Origin: Octopus vulgaris
Taxonomy: Eukaryota
Assembly: GCA_951406725.2 (NCBI GenBank)
Contig: OX597817.1
Span: 113,708,001-113,772,000 of the forward strand
DNA: 64,000 nt
Reading direction: 5' to 3'
A program made the translations under genes and the position numbers. Positions 49,650 through 62,976 of this stretch are shown piece after piece. The notes under the pieces are model-generated. The model searched no databases, was not told the origin of the DNA, and was given only the letters and a program-made list of their open reading frames with translations. Each line of letters starts with the position of its first letter. Positions within the stretch are counted from its first letter, which is position 1.

Positions 49650-49921
49650 GGAGGCACATGGCCCATGGTTAGAGCAACGGACTAGCGGTCGAGGGATCGC
49701 GGATTTGTTTATGAGCGAAGCACCTAAGCTCCACATGGCTCCGGCAGAAGGTAATGGCGAACTTCTGCTGACTCTTTCACCACAACTTTCTCTCACTCTT
49801 TCCTCCTGCATCTTGCAGCTCACCTGCGACGGACCGGCGTCCTGTCCAGGTGGGGAACCTATATGCCAAGGAAACTGGGAAACCGGCCCTTATGAGCCAG
49901 GCGTGGCTTGAGAAGGAACAA
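49650..49921 (+). mobile_element. tRNA-derived SINE family B variant with 13-bp TSD
   Basis: TSD actataatctaat at 49637-49649 and 49922-49934; head and core shared with 46145-46432. Confidence 0.88.
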
Positions 49922-50722
49922 ACTATAATCTAATCAACATCTTTACACAATGCCCTCACTGATATGGAGGGTCAAAGCAATCATATCCATTTATTGTTAA
50001 ATAAACTGGACAACAGTGTCCAGGTTGGCTCTGAGATTTAGCAGGTGTATGATCAAAGACATTCAAACTTCAATCACCCTGACTATTTTTAAGACATTGT
50101 GTATCTAGTATTACATGATCCATGGAATCAGATGATTGGCTGTGGCTGCTTGGATGCTGGCAATTTGGGATGGCTGACTGAACATTAAAACTGTTTTGGC
50201 AATGGGTACTTTTTGGCACACAGACAGACAGACAAATAGATAGATAGACAAACAGGTAGATAGACAGATTCAAAGTGATGAGGAGACACTACAATTCATT
50301 AACTGAGCATGACTGACATAAATACCCTCTCTTGAGAGAGAGAGAGAGAGAGAGAGAGAAGGAGGAGGAGGAAGAGGAGAAAATAAATCAGCATTGGATA
50401 CACAACGCCAAATTAAGTGTCTCAAAAATGGCTGCGACAAAACGTCTCATATCACATTATGCAATGTATCATTTCTTTTTTAAAGCATGATTTGAGGAAG
50501 CTCAGGCTGCTATTTGTACCAGGTCAAGCAATTACATAAATGTTCCCTCACTGGCTTGACAGTGTCATAAATGTATGTTGACCATTGAGAAAGTGTAATG
50601 ATTGAATGTGACTTGTCAACTGTTTCAGTTTGATTTTGACATGCTGTCAACATAGTGTATTGTGACTCTTAATAGTAAGATTACAAACAACAGAAATAGT
50701 TACTGCACGGAGGCCTTTATAC

Positions 50723-50951
50723 CTTTAGTAATGGGCCATGTCCCATGGTACATAGATGAAAGTGGAGGAGTAGGTGGAATCAATAAACCATTATTCTGAC
50801 AGCTTTCCTCAAGTAAACACTGTGGTTCCTGAATTTCTACCTCTGGTGTTTGCGTTGCCATGGTTACTAGCCTTTCTCCCTCAGAATTACTTGTAATGCT
50901 TGTGTCACATGCGTACCCGTTGTCTCCAGTTCCAGATTTGAGAACAAAGAC
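50723..50951 (-). CDS. APC: Predicted APC exon (229 nt), divergent linker
   Basis: ccttag/gtata flanks, open frame, phase 0-1 matching both neighbours; VFVLKSGTGDNGYACD...VTMATQTPE...HGTWPITK. No homology recognised. Confidence 0.7.
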
Positions 50952-52152
50952 CTAAGGAATGAAAGTGTAAAAAGAATCAAAATAAAGTGACTATAAGAAT
51001 TACATTTGTGTTATAGTCTTCAACAAATAACAAATTACCCCAACCAAAAAAAACCCACATTAGAAAATGAATGGAAAAAGTAAACGTTTGATTATATTGA
51101 AACCTTGCTTATAAGAGACATGGTTTATTTACTCTCAGTCAGGTCAGAAAACATCCTCTAGTAACATTAAAAAAAAAATCTAAATCAACAAGGGAAATAA
51201 CTTCAATAAGATCAGTTGACTGGAAGTTTTGAATAGTATAGAGAGACTGTGCAGAATGGAATAGATCAGGGCTTTAAAACCAATTGGTGAAAGCAGCAGC
51301 CATGTTTGGGTCTTATTCAATGGCCTCAATGATCTATGTAATTGGCAAGACTAAGAGTGATTGGTGTGTGTGTGTGTGTATATATATATGCATCATCATT
51401 GTTTTATTATTGTCTTTTTAACTTCTACTTATCCATGTTTGCATGTGTAGGAATGAGTTTACTGAGTCAAATTTTCTATGAGCCAGATACCCTTCCTGTT
51501 TCCACGCAAGTTAATATGTATCCATGGTTGAACATATTTTTGCAGAATATTGCAAATAAATGACACTGCTTGTGTGACAGTGACACTCATTTACAATTAT
51601 CATATGATGTCAAGACAAGGACATACACACCTGCCTGCCTTTACATTAAAACTAATCATGTGTCCAGAGCCTAAAGAGTGTTTGGAGACACAAGGCATGT
51701 TATATAATCTGCCTAATCTCAGTATCTCTATGGCAAGAAAGTATTAGTAGCTCTTATTTTTAAATACTGTACACATTAAATGATATCTACATACACACAC
51801 TTCTTTAAGCTTCTCTTTGTCCTCACAGGCCTCCAAAACCACTGAGATAGACACAGTTAATGTTCTGGGGATAGAGGGCTTGAAAGAAGGTAGTGTAGAG
51901 TCTAGGAATGGAGAAGGAAATACAATATGGGTCATAAAATGAAGAGAGATGAGTAAGTCAAGGGGATATCCAAGTGAAGGATAAGACCAACCAGCTCTGA
52001 TAAACATAGTCCACTGTAAGCAGCTGTCCAGAAACCTAAGTACTAGGTATGAAAAGGAGTTGATTCAGACAATCATATTCATTTGCATTCTAATTTTGAG
52101 ATCATTATGTGAATCTGAAAAAAATATTAAATACAAAATTTGAAATACTAAC

Positions 52153-52260
52153 CTCTGCAGCAAGAGGTGTATTGATAGAAGCATTCTTTAGAAATATGCT
52201 GTCATTGTGGTTGCTGTTATTTAAATCACAGGCTCCAGAATCCCGCTTGTCTTGGTCCAT
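52153..52260 (-). CDS. APC: Predicted APC exon (108 nt), divergent linker
   Basis: Strong tttttttcttccaccag acceptor and gttagt donor, phase 0-0; MDQDKRDSGACDLNNSNHNDSIFLKNASINTPLAAE. Confidence 0.65.
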
Positions 52261-52465
52261 CTGGTGGAAGAAAAAAAAGAAATACTTAAGAGATCATGGG
52301 TGGAAAAAAAATCTAGCAAAACATTGAATAAGTTTTCTCACAGTCAAAATTTACCAAACAGAAGGAACGCTGTGTATAGCTCTATGATATGCTGATATTC
52401 ATAACTAACAAATATTTTAATTGGCTATAACTGCACACTTGCATTGTCCTTTGCACATTCTAGCA

Positions 52466-52768
52466 CAGTAGTTCTCAACTGGGGTCCATACAAAAATTTT
52501 GGGGGTCCACGCAACAAAATAGTAAATTGGGGATCCACAATAGTATTTTAAGAGTCCCTGAAAAAATTTTGTATTACGAGAAACAGCTAGGTTTTCTCTA
52601 ATACTTTACATAGTTCAACTTACACAAGTTAATGTGTGACAAAAGAAAAAGGAATTTTGAAAGAATTTTCCCTAAAACTAGTTTTTAAACATTGATTGGC
52701 TATGGGGGTCCACCAGAATAAAATAGTTATCAAAGGGATTCATAGATGAAAAATGGTTGAGAACCCCA
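52466..52768. mobile_element. hAT/Charlie-like MITE
   Basis: Termini cagtagttctcaac and gttgagaacccc; internal ggggtcca motifs. Confidence 0.65.
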
Positions 52769-54299
52769 AGCAGGTTAAGAAAATATTATATTTTTTTTTA
52801 ATTCAATGGAATCTTAATTGTAGTTAAATGAATGTTTTGTAGGAAACTATATGTGAACTTACTGAACTACACTGCTTATTAGTTTTAATTCATTTAAAAA
52901 ATAATAAAGAATGTGGTGGGGATTTAATACAATAACTTTGCATCATTAAGACAGTGTTTGTAACATAGCAAAAGATTCTTTTGTAAAATTATATGGGAGA
53001 TTTTAATTTAAAAATTAACACTTTCAAACATGTTGCTTTGTTTCATAGACCCAGCCTCGGGCAAGCTGGTATTAAGAAGTATAATAGTTTACTGACAAGA
53101 ATGTGACACATACAAAGAAAATACTCACTAATTACATTACAGTACTGGTGGTGGTGATGATGATAATACTACTACTACTACTAATACTAAGAATAATAAT
53201 AATAATAATAATAACAATTGTCTTATTTTGCTATCAGAACCTGATGACACATTCTAAAAGGTATAACAAAAACATGGCAATGTAGAAAATTATATAAAAA
53301 TGAGGGATGGGCAAAAGACAATATATTAAGACATTAAAAATGTTTAAAATAATACAAATAAATAAATATATATGGGTACAGATATAAAATATATGAAATC
53401 TAAATGAAAGAAACACAAAAATAAGAGCAACCACACATAAAGACAATACCTAAGTTAGACTTGTAGGGAACCACTGAGCTACTCAGCTGTGTTCCAGTTC
53501 CAGTAACTAGACCTTAGAAGGTCTAAAGCCAAAAGACCAGGAACAGTGAATGCTGGCGCCTCATAAAGCCTGTGGTAGGCTCAAATGAAGGATCAGGAAA
53601 AACAGTGTCACGAGACCTTATCCAAAGGCCTTGATTGGTTGGCTTACACACTGGTGCAAAATAAGTCGAGAGACAAACTGCGCCAAATGCCAACCAATCA
53701 GAGCAGTGGACACAAGACGGTCAAACTAGCTAAAGATGGTTGTAATCTCAAACGAGATAATTTCTAATGTGTCTCTCAAACAGTGAGAATATCAATTACA
53801 CCTACAGACTGTAGCACAGTATGACTGATTATTTTCCATTATTGAATCTAATGTACTCAAAGTCACCCATAAAGCATCCATTATCATGGATGAGGTCTAA
53901 AGCATTCTATGCTTTAGATCTGAAACTAAAATATGGGTATTTTAGTTTCAGGTGGTGTCAGACCTATTTCCTCCTCCTCCTCCTCCTCCTTTGTCATCAC
54001 TTTCTCCTCATTCCCTTGTTTAGTGCCAAATATTATTCTCACTGGTGCTTCATACAATCATGAATCACTATGTGATGGAGTGTGCTCCTCTTATTCTATT
54101 CTCAGATAAAGTGACACAAGCTGAAACTACTACCCCAGAGGCTGAAGAACACTGGAATTGAAGCATACATTGACGACTTGCTGAAAAGTGCCATCCTTGG
54201 ATCCTGTAAGAAACCCAAGAAAGAATCCTTTACTTGCCCTAGGAAGCCAAGTGTGTCTTGGCAAGTGATTGTAACAAACATGGAGATTAAAAGTAAATA

Positions 54300-54525
54300 A
54301 TAATAATAATAATCCTTTCTACTGAAGGCACAAAGCTTGAAATTTTTGGGGAGGGGTTAAGTCGATTACATCAATCCCTTAGTACTCAACTATTACTTAA
54401 ACTATATACCCCGAAAGGATGAAAGGCAAAGTTGACCTCAACGGAATTTGAACTCAGAGCATAGCGACAGATGAAATACTGCTAAGCATTTTGCCCAGCA
54501 TACTAACTCTTCTGCCAGCCCACTA
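54300..54525 (-). mobile_element. tRNA-derived SINE family A
   Basis: Reverse complement of the full element; (aat)n flanks. Confidence 0.85.
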
Positions 54526-56575
54526 TAATAATAATAATGTAATTACAAAGCCAACAATTTTGGGATATGTTTAGTCAATTAAATCAACTCCAATTTTGAC
54601 AGGCATTTTATTTTGAATGCAGAACAAAGAGCCAGAACAAATATCACAAGGCATTTAGTCTGACACTTGTAATGAATCTGGTAATCCACTACCCATAGAT
54701 GATAATGATTTCTTTTATTTGTCAAAAGGGTATTGTGATGAGGAGTCATGATATGGATAGGTTACAAAAACAGTATTTACACTGAAATTGAATGAGAATA
54801 TGAAAATGGAAGCATATGCAGTATACAAAATTATATTTTATATAGTGTTTCTAAAGCAAGTAGGACTGTCATGTAGAGTCACCAGTCATCAATCAAGGAA
54901 CATAGCAGATCCTGAGTTACCCTGACTATCAGGGGCAATAGCCCTCTCCCAGTCTACATATTCATACTGAGAGTAGGCTCAAGAGTAGGCCCTTTCACTT
55001 AGGTCATACCCAAAGCTGATGAAAGTTAAGCTGGAGAGGAAAAGTGGTAAAGTGACCCCTTCAGTTCTGTCAGGAAGAATTTCAGGCAACATGAATCTGT
55101 TCTTATGTATGCATGTTTTTTTTTGTGTGTGTGTGTGTTCTTCTGCATGTATGCTTTGCAGGTGTGTGTGTTCTTCTGCATGTATACTTTGTGTGTGTGT
55201 GCTAACTCAGAAAAAGGAAGAGATCAAGAGACTGTGTGACAGAGACAATGTGCCTGATTCAGGTATCTGTTTGAAGGGGGCTCAAAAAGAATTCAGTGAA
55301 AAGTAGCTGAAATGCTAGCAATTGGGCAGTTATAACCAATCAAAAATAGTTATGCTGCCTTGACTTATTAGGTTGCTGTTTGCATCTGTAGATGTAATTT
55401 ATAACTAACAAAATTACAGTTAATAGGTGCAGTGGATGAAGAAGGCCATATTAACTGCTAACCATTATTTTCATATAGTTATGTGTATATTTCATTGTTT
55501 GTGAAGCAAGAGGCAAACATAAGTATGGAAGGCCAGAAGAATGTTATATACATATATGTAAATTTTTTTTCCTTTACTTGTTGCAAAACATTATTTGTCT
55601 GTGTTTGTTTTTATGGTGTTACATTATGATTTGTTTCACTGCATTTTGAGTATATAAGCATGAATAGCAAATTGCTTCCAACTTTACATGGAACTTTTTT
55701 TTTTTTTAAATCACAAAATTATGGAACTATTTCTACCCACACATACACACACAAGCGAGTTCACACACACACATGCATGCAGGCACACCCACCAACCTAC
55801 TTCTGTCTACTTCCTCCTTTCACTTTTACTTGATCATAACTCCTCAATTATTTGTATGCGTCATACCCCCAGATTTCAATACAATCCCATTCTGTTTGTA
55901 ATAAATTATATATATATATGTACCTAAGTGTGTATGTGTGTGTGTGTGTATCAATGTTTGAGTATGTATTTACACACACACATTAATTTAGTGTAAAATG
56001 GGATTTCTGTTCACAGTTGAAAGACTTTAGGATATATCTTATATTGAACCAAATTACATGTATCTGCCTCTCTCCCTTCTATAACGCTGTCCTCAATGTC
56101 CTAAGTTATTTTCTTTGTAATGTTTATCACCTCTGTGCTATTCAAAATTATTGGGCATAGCAAGAGAGATAGCCCCAAAGGATTAAAGCCTTTTGGCAGC
56201 AAATGCATTGAAAATATGCTGATTCTGGTGCCAATGGCTAGCAACAAGTGCTCCATATTTAATTGACATTTTCTGTCTCACTTTGATTTTCACTACATAT
56301 CTGACGCACTTTGGGAACATCACATTGACAATAAAACATGCATTGGCTGTGAATTCACTTTAATTTTATTTTAACTATATAATTAGTTTTAAAAAATTAT
56401 AAATTAACTGTGGAATCCCTTTGGCTAAATTGTAGCTGTAATTCAAAGGGCCAGCTTTGCTGCCTACCATATCATGTAGATTTTGGTATTGTGGCTTCAA
56501 AGCTACTATCAATAATATTCTTATTTAAGAATAGTAAATTTATTTTTATTCTAACAGACCAAATAAAAACAAACA

Positions 56576-56610
<35 letters not shown>

Positions 56611-56813
56611 CTTGGCACGTAAAAAGCACCCACTACACTCACGGAGTGGTTGGCGTTAGGAAGGGTATCCAGCCGTAGAAACACTGCCAGATCAGACTGG
56701 GCCTGATGCAGCCTTCTGGCTTCACAGACCCCAGTTGAACCGTCCAACCCATGCTAGCATGGAAAGCGGACGCTAAATGATGATGATGATGATGATGATG
56801 ATGCTGATGATGA
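56611..56813 (+). mobile_element. RTE 3' UTR fragment with (GAT)n tail at the left end of a mariner
   Basis: Shared UTR sequence; the tail abuts the mariner TIR. Confidence 0.85.
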
Positions 56814-57741
56814 TTGGGTTGGCAACTAAGCTCACACCATTTTTTTTAAATTTTGGAATTTATTGCGTTTTTAAATTTTGGAATCTATTTTGTTTTCTAG
56901 TTAATTTTAGGTAATTTTTGTTTATTTTCAGATCATTAAAATGGAATGTCGAGTTAAGAAAAATGAGCATTTTCGACACCTCCTTCTTTTTGCTTTTAAT
57001 CAAAGTTCTAAGGCCACAAAAGCTGCTTGCGACATTTGTGCTATGTATGGAGAGGGTGCCATAACTGAAAGAACCGCTTGTGATTGGTATGCCAAGTTCA
57101 AAAATGGAAATTTTGACCTCAAAGACGCACCTCATTCTGGCTGTCCAATTGAGTTTGATGTAGAGCAATTAAACCAACTTTTTCATGAAAATTCTTGTCA
57201 AACGACAAGGGAACTGGCAGAGAAAATAGAATGCTCCCACACTGCTATAGAGAAGCATCTTCACTCGATGGGAAAGGTTCAGAAGTATGGCACATGGTTT
57301 CTGCATGCTTTAAGTGATAACAACAAAAATCAACAAGCCACAATCTCCACTGGTTTGCTTGCTCGTCACCACTCAACTCATAGACACAAGCAACGATTTC
57401 TTTACTGAATCATTACTGGCGACGAAAAATGGTGCCTGTAAATCAATATGAAGCAGCGTAAGGAATGGCTTAGCCCCGGTAAACAAGCGACACTACACGT
57501 GAAACAAGATCTTCATCCACGTAAAACGATGTTGAGTGTATGGTGGGACTGGGAAGGGATTATGCATTACAAATTGCTTGAACGGAACCAAATGGTCAAT
57601 GTGGAACTTTATGTTCAACAGATGGAATGACTCAACATGGCTATTCAAGAGAAAAGACCTAATCGTCAGCATGGAGTGCTTCTGCCGCATGACAAAAAAT
57701 TTAAATTTTAAAAAAACGGCGGGAACTTAGTTGCCAACCTA

Positions 57742-57742
<1 letters not shown>
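56814..57742 (+). mobile_element. Mariner transposon, internally deleted pseudogenised transposase (56941-57692)
   Basis: TIRs ttgggttggcaactaag and cttagttgccaacctaa followed by TA; HFRHLLLFAF..WYAKFKNGNFDLKD..ITGDEKW..HPRKTMLSVWWD..LLPHD, then truncated with no YSPDLAPSD; internal stops. Confidence 0.92.
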
Positions 57743-57789
<47 letters not shown>

Positions 57790-57809
57790 AATGTACTGCA
57801 TATGAATGC

Positions 57810-58245
57810 CTCAAGAAGTGCTGATCTCAAATTGTAGAGGGAATACATGGAATGGGTAGATCCAGGAAGACAGGGGATGAAGTGGTGAGAAAAGATCTAT
57901 GGATGTTGGGACTCACAGAGAGGATGACAGGGGACTGAGACTCCAGGTGGTTTGTTGTGCTTGAAAAGAAATGTCAAGGTAAGTAAAACTGTGGTTGTCC
58001 TTACATACAGGCTGTTCCCTACATCCCTCTTCAGCTGAGTATTCATAACCTTGCGGGGTCATGGGTGTAAAAGCACCCAGTACACTTTGTAAAGTGGTTG
58101 GCATTAAGAAAGGCATCTAGCCATAGAAACCATGCCAAAACATACAAGGAACCTGGACTGCTCTTCGGCTGGTCAGTTCCTGTCAAACCATCCAACCCAT
58201 GCCAGCATGGAAAACAGATGTTAAATGATGATTATGATGATGATG
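57810..58245 (+). mobile_element. RTE LINE 3' end fragment
   Basis: Decayed RT C-terminus followed by the shared 3' UTR and GAT tail. Confidence 0.7.
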
Positions 58246-58767
58246 AGACATATGAACTCCATATGTAAAGTATCAGAAGAAATACTAGAAGACAATGTGT
58301 CCAAGGCTCTAATTTAAATTTTAAAAAACCGCGGAAACTGCCAACTTTAATAACAATAGCAGTAACAACCATTGTAATTATCAGCTCAACGTTAGTAAGA
58401 CTATGACCAAGAGACAGCTGATCTAATGAAACTATTCATAATCCTTTGTGTACAAATCTTTGTTCATTGATTTTCAGGTTTAGTTAGATTATATCTTGTT
58501 GATGAGGTCTACTTGTCTGCATCAAAGGTCAAATTTTTTTCCTCCTAAGCATGTAAATTTGAGAGATTAATTCTTAACTTCTTGAAATTATCGTACATTT
58601 TTCTTTGAGAGTTACTAAGAAAATGCATCTATATTGTTGGTTTCTTTCTCCACCTAAAAGGAAATTTTAATTGATTAAGAATTTTTGTGTGTGTATATGG
58701 CATTCAGTACCTCGCCTCTTTAAACTTATGTATCTAACTAATGCTCAGTCATAGTTAGTGTGACTGG

Positions 58768-59865
58768 GCATCATCATCATCATCATCGTTGTTGTTGTTT
58801 AACGTCCACTTTCCATGCTGGCATGGGTTGGATGGTTTGACTGAGGGATGGCAAGCCAGAAGGCTGCACCAGATTCCAATCTGATCTGGCAAAGTTTCCA
58901 CAGTTGCATGCTCTTCCCAAAGCCAACCACTCCGAGTGTGTAGTGGGTGTTTTTTATGTGCCACCGCACATGAGGGCCAGTCAGGCGGTACTGGCATCGA
59001 CCATGCTTGAATGGTGCTTTTTACATGTCACAGGCACGGGAGCCAATCAGGCAGCACTGGCACTGACTGCGCTTGAATGGTGCTTTTTTACATGCCACCA
59101 GCACAGTAGCCAGTCAGGTGGTACTGGCAATGATCATGCTCGAATGGTGCTTTTTACATGCCACCAGCACAGGTGCCAACCAGGTGGTACTGTCATCAGT
59201 TACAACAATGACTTCACTTGACTCAACAGGTCTTCACAAGCACAGCTTATTGCCCAATGATTGAAGGGTACTCTTAAATGGGCCGGTTATGCTGGACTGG
59301 CATAGGCCACAGTTACAGTCTCACTTGTTTTACCAGGTCTTCTCAAGCACAGCATATCTCCAAAGGTCTCAGTCACTTGTCATTGCCTCTGTGAGGCCCA
59401 ATGTTCGAAGGTCATGCTTCACCACTTCATCCCAAGTCTTCCTGGATCTGCTTCATACACAGGTTCCCTCAACTGCTAGGGTGTCACACTTTTTCACACA
59501 GCTGTCCTCATCTGTATGCAACACACGACCATATCAGCACAGTCATCTCTCTTGCACAACACATCTAATGCTTCATATGTCCAACTTTTCTCTCAGGGGG
59601 CTTACACTCTGTCATGTATGCACACTGGCATTACACATCCAGTGGGGAATACTAGCTTCATTCCTTGCAAACTTACGCATGTCCTCAGTAGTCATGGCTT
59701 ATGTTTCACTGCTATGTAGCATGGCTATTCACACATGTGTCATACAGTCTACCTGTTACTCTGAACAAGAGGCCCTTTATCACCAGCAGAGGTAGGAGCT
59801 CTCTGAACTTTGGCCAGGTTTTACTCTGAGCGGGAGGCCCTTTGTCACCAGCAGAGGTAGGAGCT
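58768..59865 (-). mobile_element. 5'-truncated RTE LINE (ORF C-terminus and full 3' UTR)
   Basis: Reverse complement of the 18610-19300 region plus UTR repeats and (cat)n tail. Confidence 0.85.
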
Positions 59866-59905
59866 TAATACATAGAGACCAGTGTATAACCTTTTTAAAT
59901 CAGAA

Positions 59906-59944
<39 letters not shown>

Positions 59945-59949
59945 AACAT

Positions 59950-60140
59950 ATAAATAATATTTTCAAATTTTGGCACAAGGGCAGTAGGTTTGGGGGAGGA
60001 ACTAAGTCAATTCAATTGATCCCAGTGTTCAACTGATATTTTAGTGACCCCAGCAGAATTTGAACTCAGAATGTAAAGACGAATGAAACGTTGCTAAGCA
60101 TTTTGTCTAGTACAGTAAAAATACTGCCAACTTGCCACCT
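59950..60140 (-). mobile_element. SINE family A, internally deleted
   Basis: Head and tail motifs in reverse complement. Confidence 0.65.
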
Positions 60141-60589
60141 CAGTGTATATATACATATTAGCAGGTGACCAACTCTATTAGTTACAAGGAAGGGACAAAT
60201 TGAGTTTTGTGATATTCATGCTTCTCCCAAGGATGTTCAGCAGAGTAAATGAAATAGTTACAATTCAATGGTCAGATCTGTGTTTCTGACCTTATCACTT
60301 ATGTTCCAGTTCTTGCTACTTTATGGACATACTACCCTGAACATTTTAGACTTGAGACTTGGGATGTTCACAGTCTGAAGAATGTGTGTCTGCGCATATG
60401 GTGGCGTGGTGGGTAATGTAGGTTTCATCAAAAGTAGATTTAGTAAGTTAAGCCCTGTGGCTGGCTGAGCAAATCATTGGGAGAGATATGTAAGAATACA
60501 ACTTATTCACTCATTATCACATGAATCTTTAAGGAGATATACAAACTCCTACATCTTTTCTCTCTCTGTTTAGATATACACAGACAAAT

Positions 60590-60910
60590 ATATATGCACA
60601 CATATAGAACACACACACACACAAAACAGACACACATACATAACACGCACACACACATATATCTACACAAAACAGGCATATACATACAGAATATGCAAAT
60701 ACACACACATATACACAGGTAGTTAAAATGTACATACACACACACACACACAGAACAGTCATACACATACTGAACAAACACCTAGAAAGACAGATATACA
60801 AAAGTAAGACAGGCTGATAAACATACACACACATAAGAGCCCATATACATATGAGACCTATACACACACACACACACATGACAAGCAAAAATGAAGCACA
60901 TACATATACA
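60590..60910. repeat. (CA)/(TA)-rich low-complexity tract
   Basis: Seen directly; source of spurious CV-rich ORFs. Confidence 0.85.
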
Positions 60911-61074
60911 CAAGTATCCTTCAAAGAAACCTTATATAGTTGACATTAAAAAGGACATTTAATAACAGAAGACAAACCTTTATTAGTACAGTATAAGGTC
61001 TAGTGTTAAAAAAATTACAAATCATTGGGTAGATGTGGATGTATATACAGCTGCCCTATATATATATATATAAA

Positions 61075-61490
61075 ATCATCATCAACGTCGTTGTCATCAT
61101 TGTTTAACATCCGCTTTCCATACTGGATGGTTTGACTGAGAACCGGCAGGCTGGGAGGCTGCACCAGGCTCCAGTCTGATTTGGCACGTTTCTACAGATG
61201 GATGCCCTTCCTAACACCAACCACTCTAAGAGTGTAGTGGGTGTTTTTTATGTGACACTAGCACGGGAGCCAGTCAAGTGGCACTGGTATCAGCTGCGCT
61301 TGAATGGTGTTTTTACATGCCACTGGCACAGGTGCTAATCAGGCAGCTCTGGCATTGGCCATGACAGGTCTTTACAAGCATGACATATCTCCAAAGGTCA
61401 TGGTCACTTGTCATTGCCTCTGTTAGGCCCAATGTTCGAAGGTTATGCTTCACCATGTCATCCCATGTCTTCCTGAGTCTACTACTTCTC
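61075..61490 (-). mobile_element. RTE LINE 3' end fragment
   Basis: Shared 3' UTR and terminal RT codons in reverse complement. Confidence 0.75.
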
Positions 61491-61491
61491 C

Positions 61492-61523
<32 letters not shown>

Positions 61524-62976
61524 AGGAGGAAGTGTGTATGAATGATGAGGTATGCAGCAGGTATGAGAGGATAGTAATGACCTTAACAATAATGCAAACA
61601 TTGGAGGTGACAACGACAACAACCTCACCATCACATGTCTACTTAATTTACTGGTGTTACATTTTTTTCATTAAAAACATACTCAATATAACCCTCACAA
61701 AATATACCACCACTACCACTATATCAACAACAATAAAATCAACAACAGCAACACTTAAACTGTCTCAAAATGGCAGTGAGAGAGAGAGAGAGAAATATCT
61801 TATATGTAAAATGTCACCCATGGTCATACGTACAGTATCAGTTACATCTTGTTCATTCCTTTCTTGTCAACCAAAGCTGGGTGACATTCTGCTTCTGTGT
61901 GCATAAGCACGTGTGTATTTATGTGGGTGTGTCTGGGAGTGCAGATGTGTATGTTTGGATTGAGGGTAATTTAGAAAGATCTGGATGATGACAATGGCGA
62001 TGATGATGATGGTTAATCCCAGAATCTATTGGTTTATAGAGGCACCATTGAAAACTTCCTTTTCTTGCAGTCTCTAGTTAATGTTTGAGAACAGCATAGT
62101 CCATCCCTCTCCAAACCACACTGTGTGGTGTGAACTTTTGGAAAATTCAAAACAGAGAGAGAGAGGCTATGAAAAACAGAAGGAAGACAGACAGGCAGAA
62201 ACAAGTACAGCGAGAGATAGGGTGGGGAGAGAAAGAAAGAAATCTAGCTAACTAGACAGAAAAGGAGAGATAGCTAGATAGAGAGAGAAGGAGAGAGAGA
62301 GAAAGAGAGTATGTGTGTGTGTATGTGTTTGTGAAAGATATAGTGTTATAAGGATAGACAGAAAGTAAAAGCAAATACTTGAAAATGTGAGAGATGAGGT
62401 AGGGAGGAAATAGTAAAGAAAAATTGAACAGGAAGGAGAGGAGAATTAAAGATATAATCCCACAAGACAACTTAAGGTATTGTAAATTAAATGGATAATA
62501 GAACAGGATACACTGATTGTTTCTCTTCCTTCAAAAAATGTCACAAGCTAAGTTATAATGGAGATTCTTTACTGGTTTCAGTAATTTTACTGTGGCCATG
62601 CTGGGATATCAGCTTCAAGAGTATTGTTGGGTATATATTGTAGTCTGGTATGTATGTTATTGACAGATGAGCCAATGAAGGGGCTAGAAATAGCAGTTAA
62701 TCTCCCTTAAATCACACCCTACTGTCTTAAAAAAAAAAGAACATATAGGATAAAGTGATCTGGGATTCCCGGCAAACAAGATGGGATGGTTGTGGCCAGA
62801 GTGCCTTTAACCATACATCTACATGACTGGGGATAACTTAAGACTACATGATAACAATCACTAGCACTTTTGAAAGATGAGTACCAGTTAAGCACTGGGG
62901 TTGATGCAATCAACTTAGTCCCTTCCCTGAAACTGCTGGCCTTATGCAAAAATTTGAGACCATTATTATATATCTG

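Noticed and set aside
51830-52060. 87-aa minus-strand ORF between APC exons
   Set aside because: No phase-compatible splice sites were recognised; it looks like a very decayed LINE 3' remnant.
52258-52260. ATG as the APC start codon
   Set aside because: It directly follows a strong splice acceptor, and the conserved N-terminal coiled coils are missing, so upstream exons probably lie outside the window.
53450-53512. Possible extra 63-nt APC exon (aag/gt flanks)
   Set aside because: Phase 0 has an immediate stop and other phases do not fit the phase-0 exon at 52260; weak acceptor.
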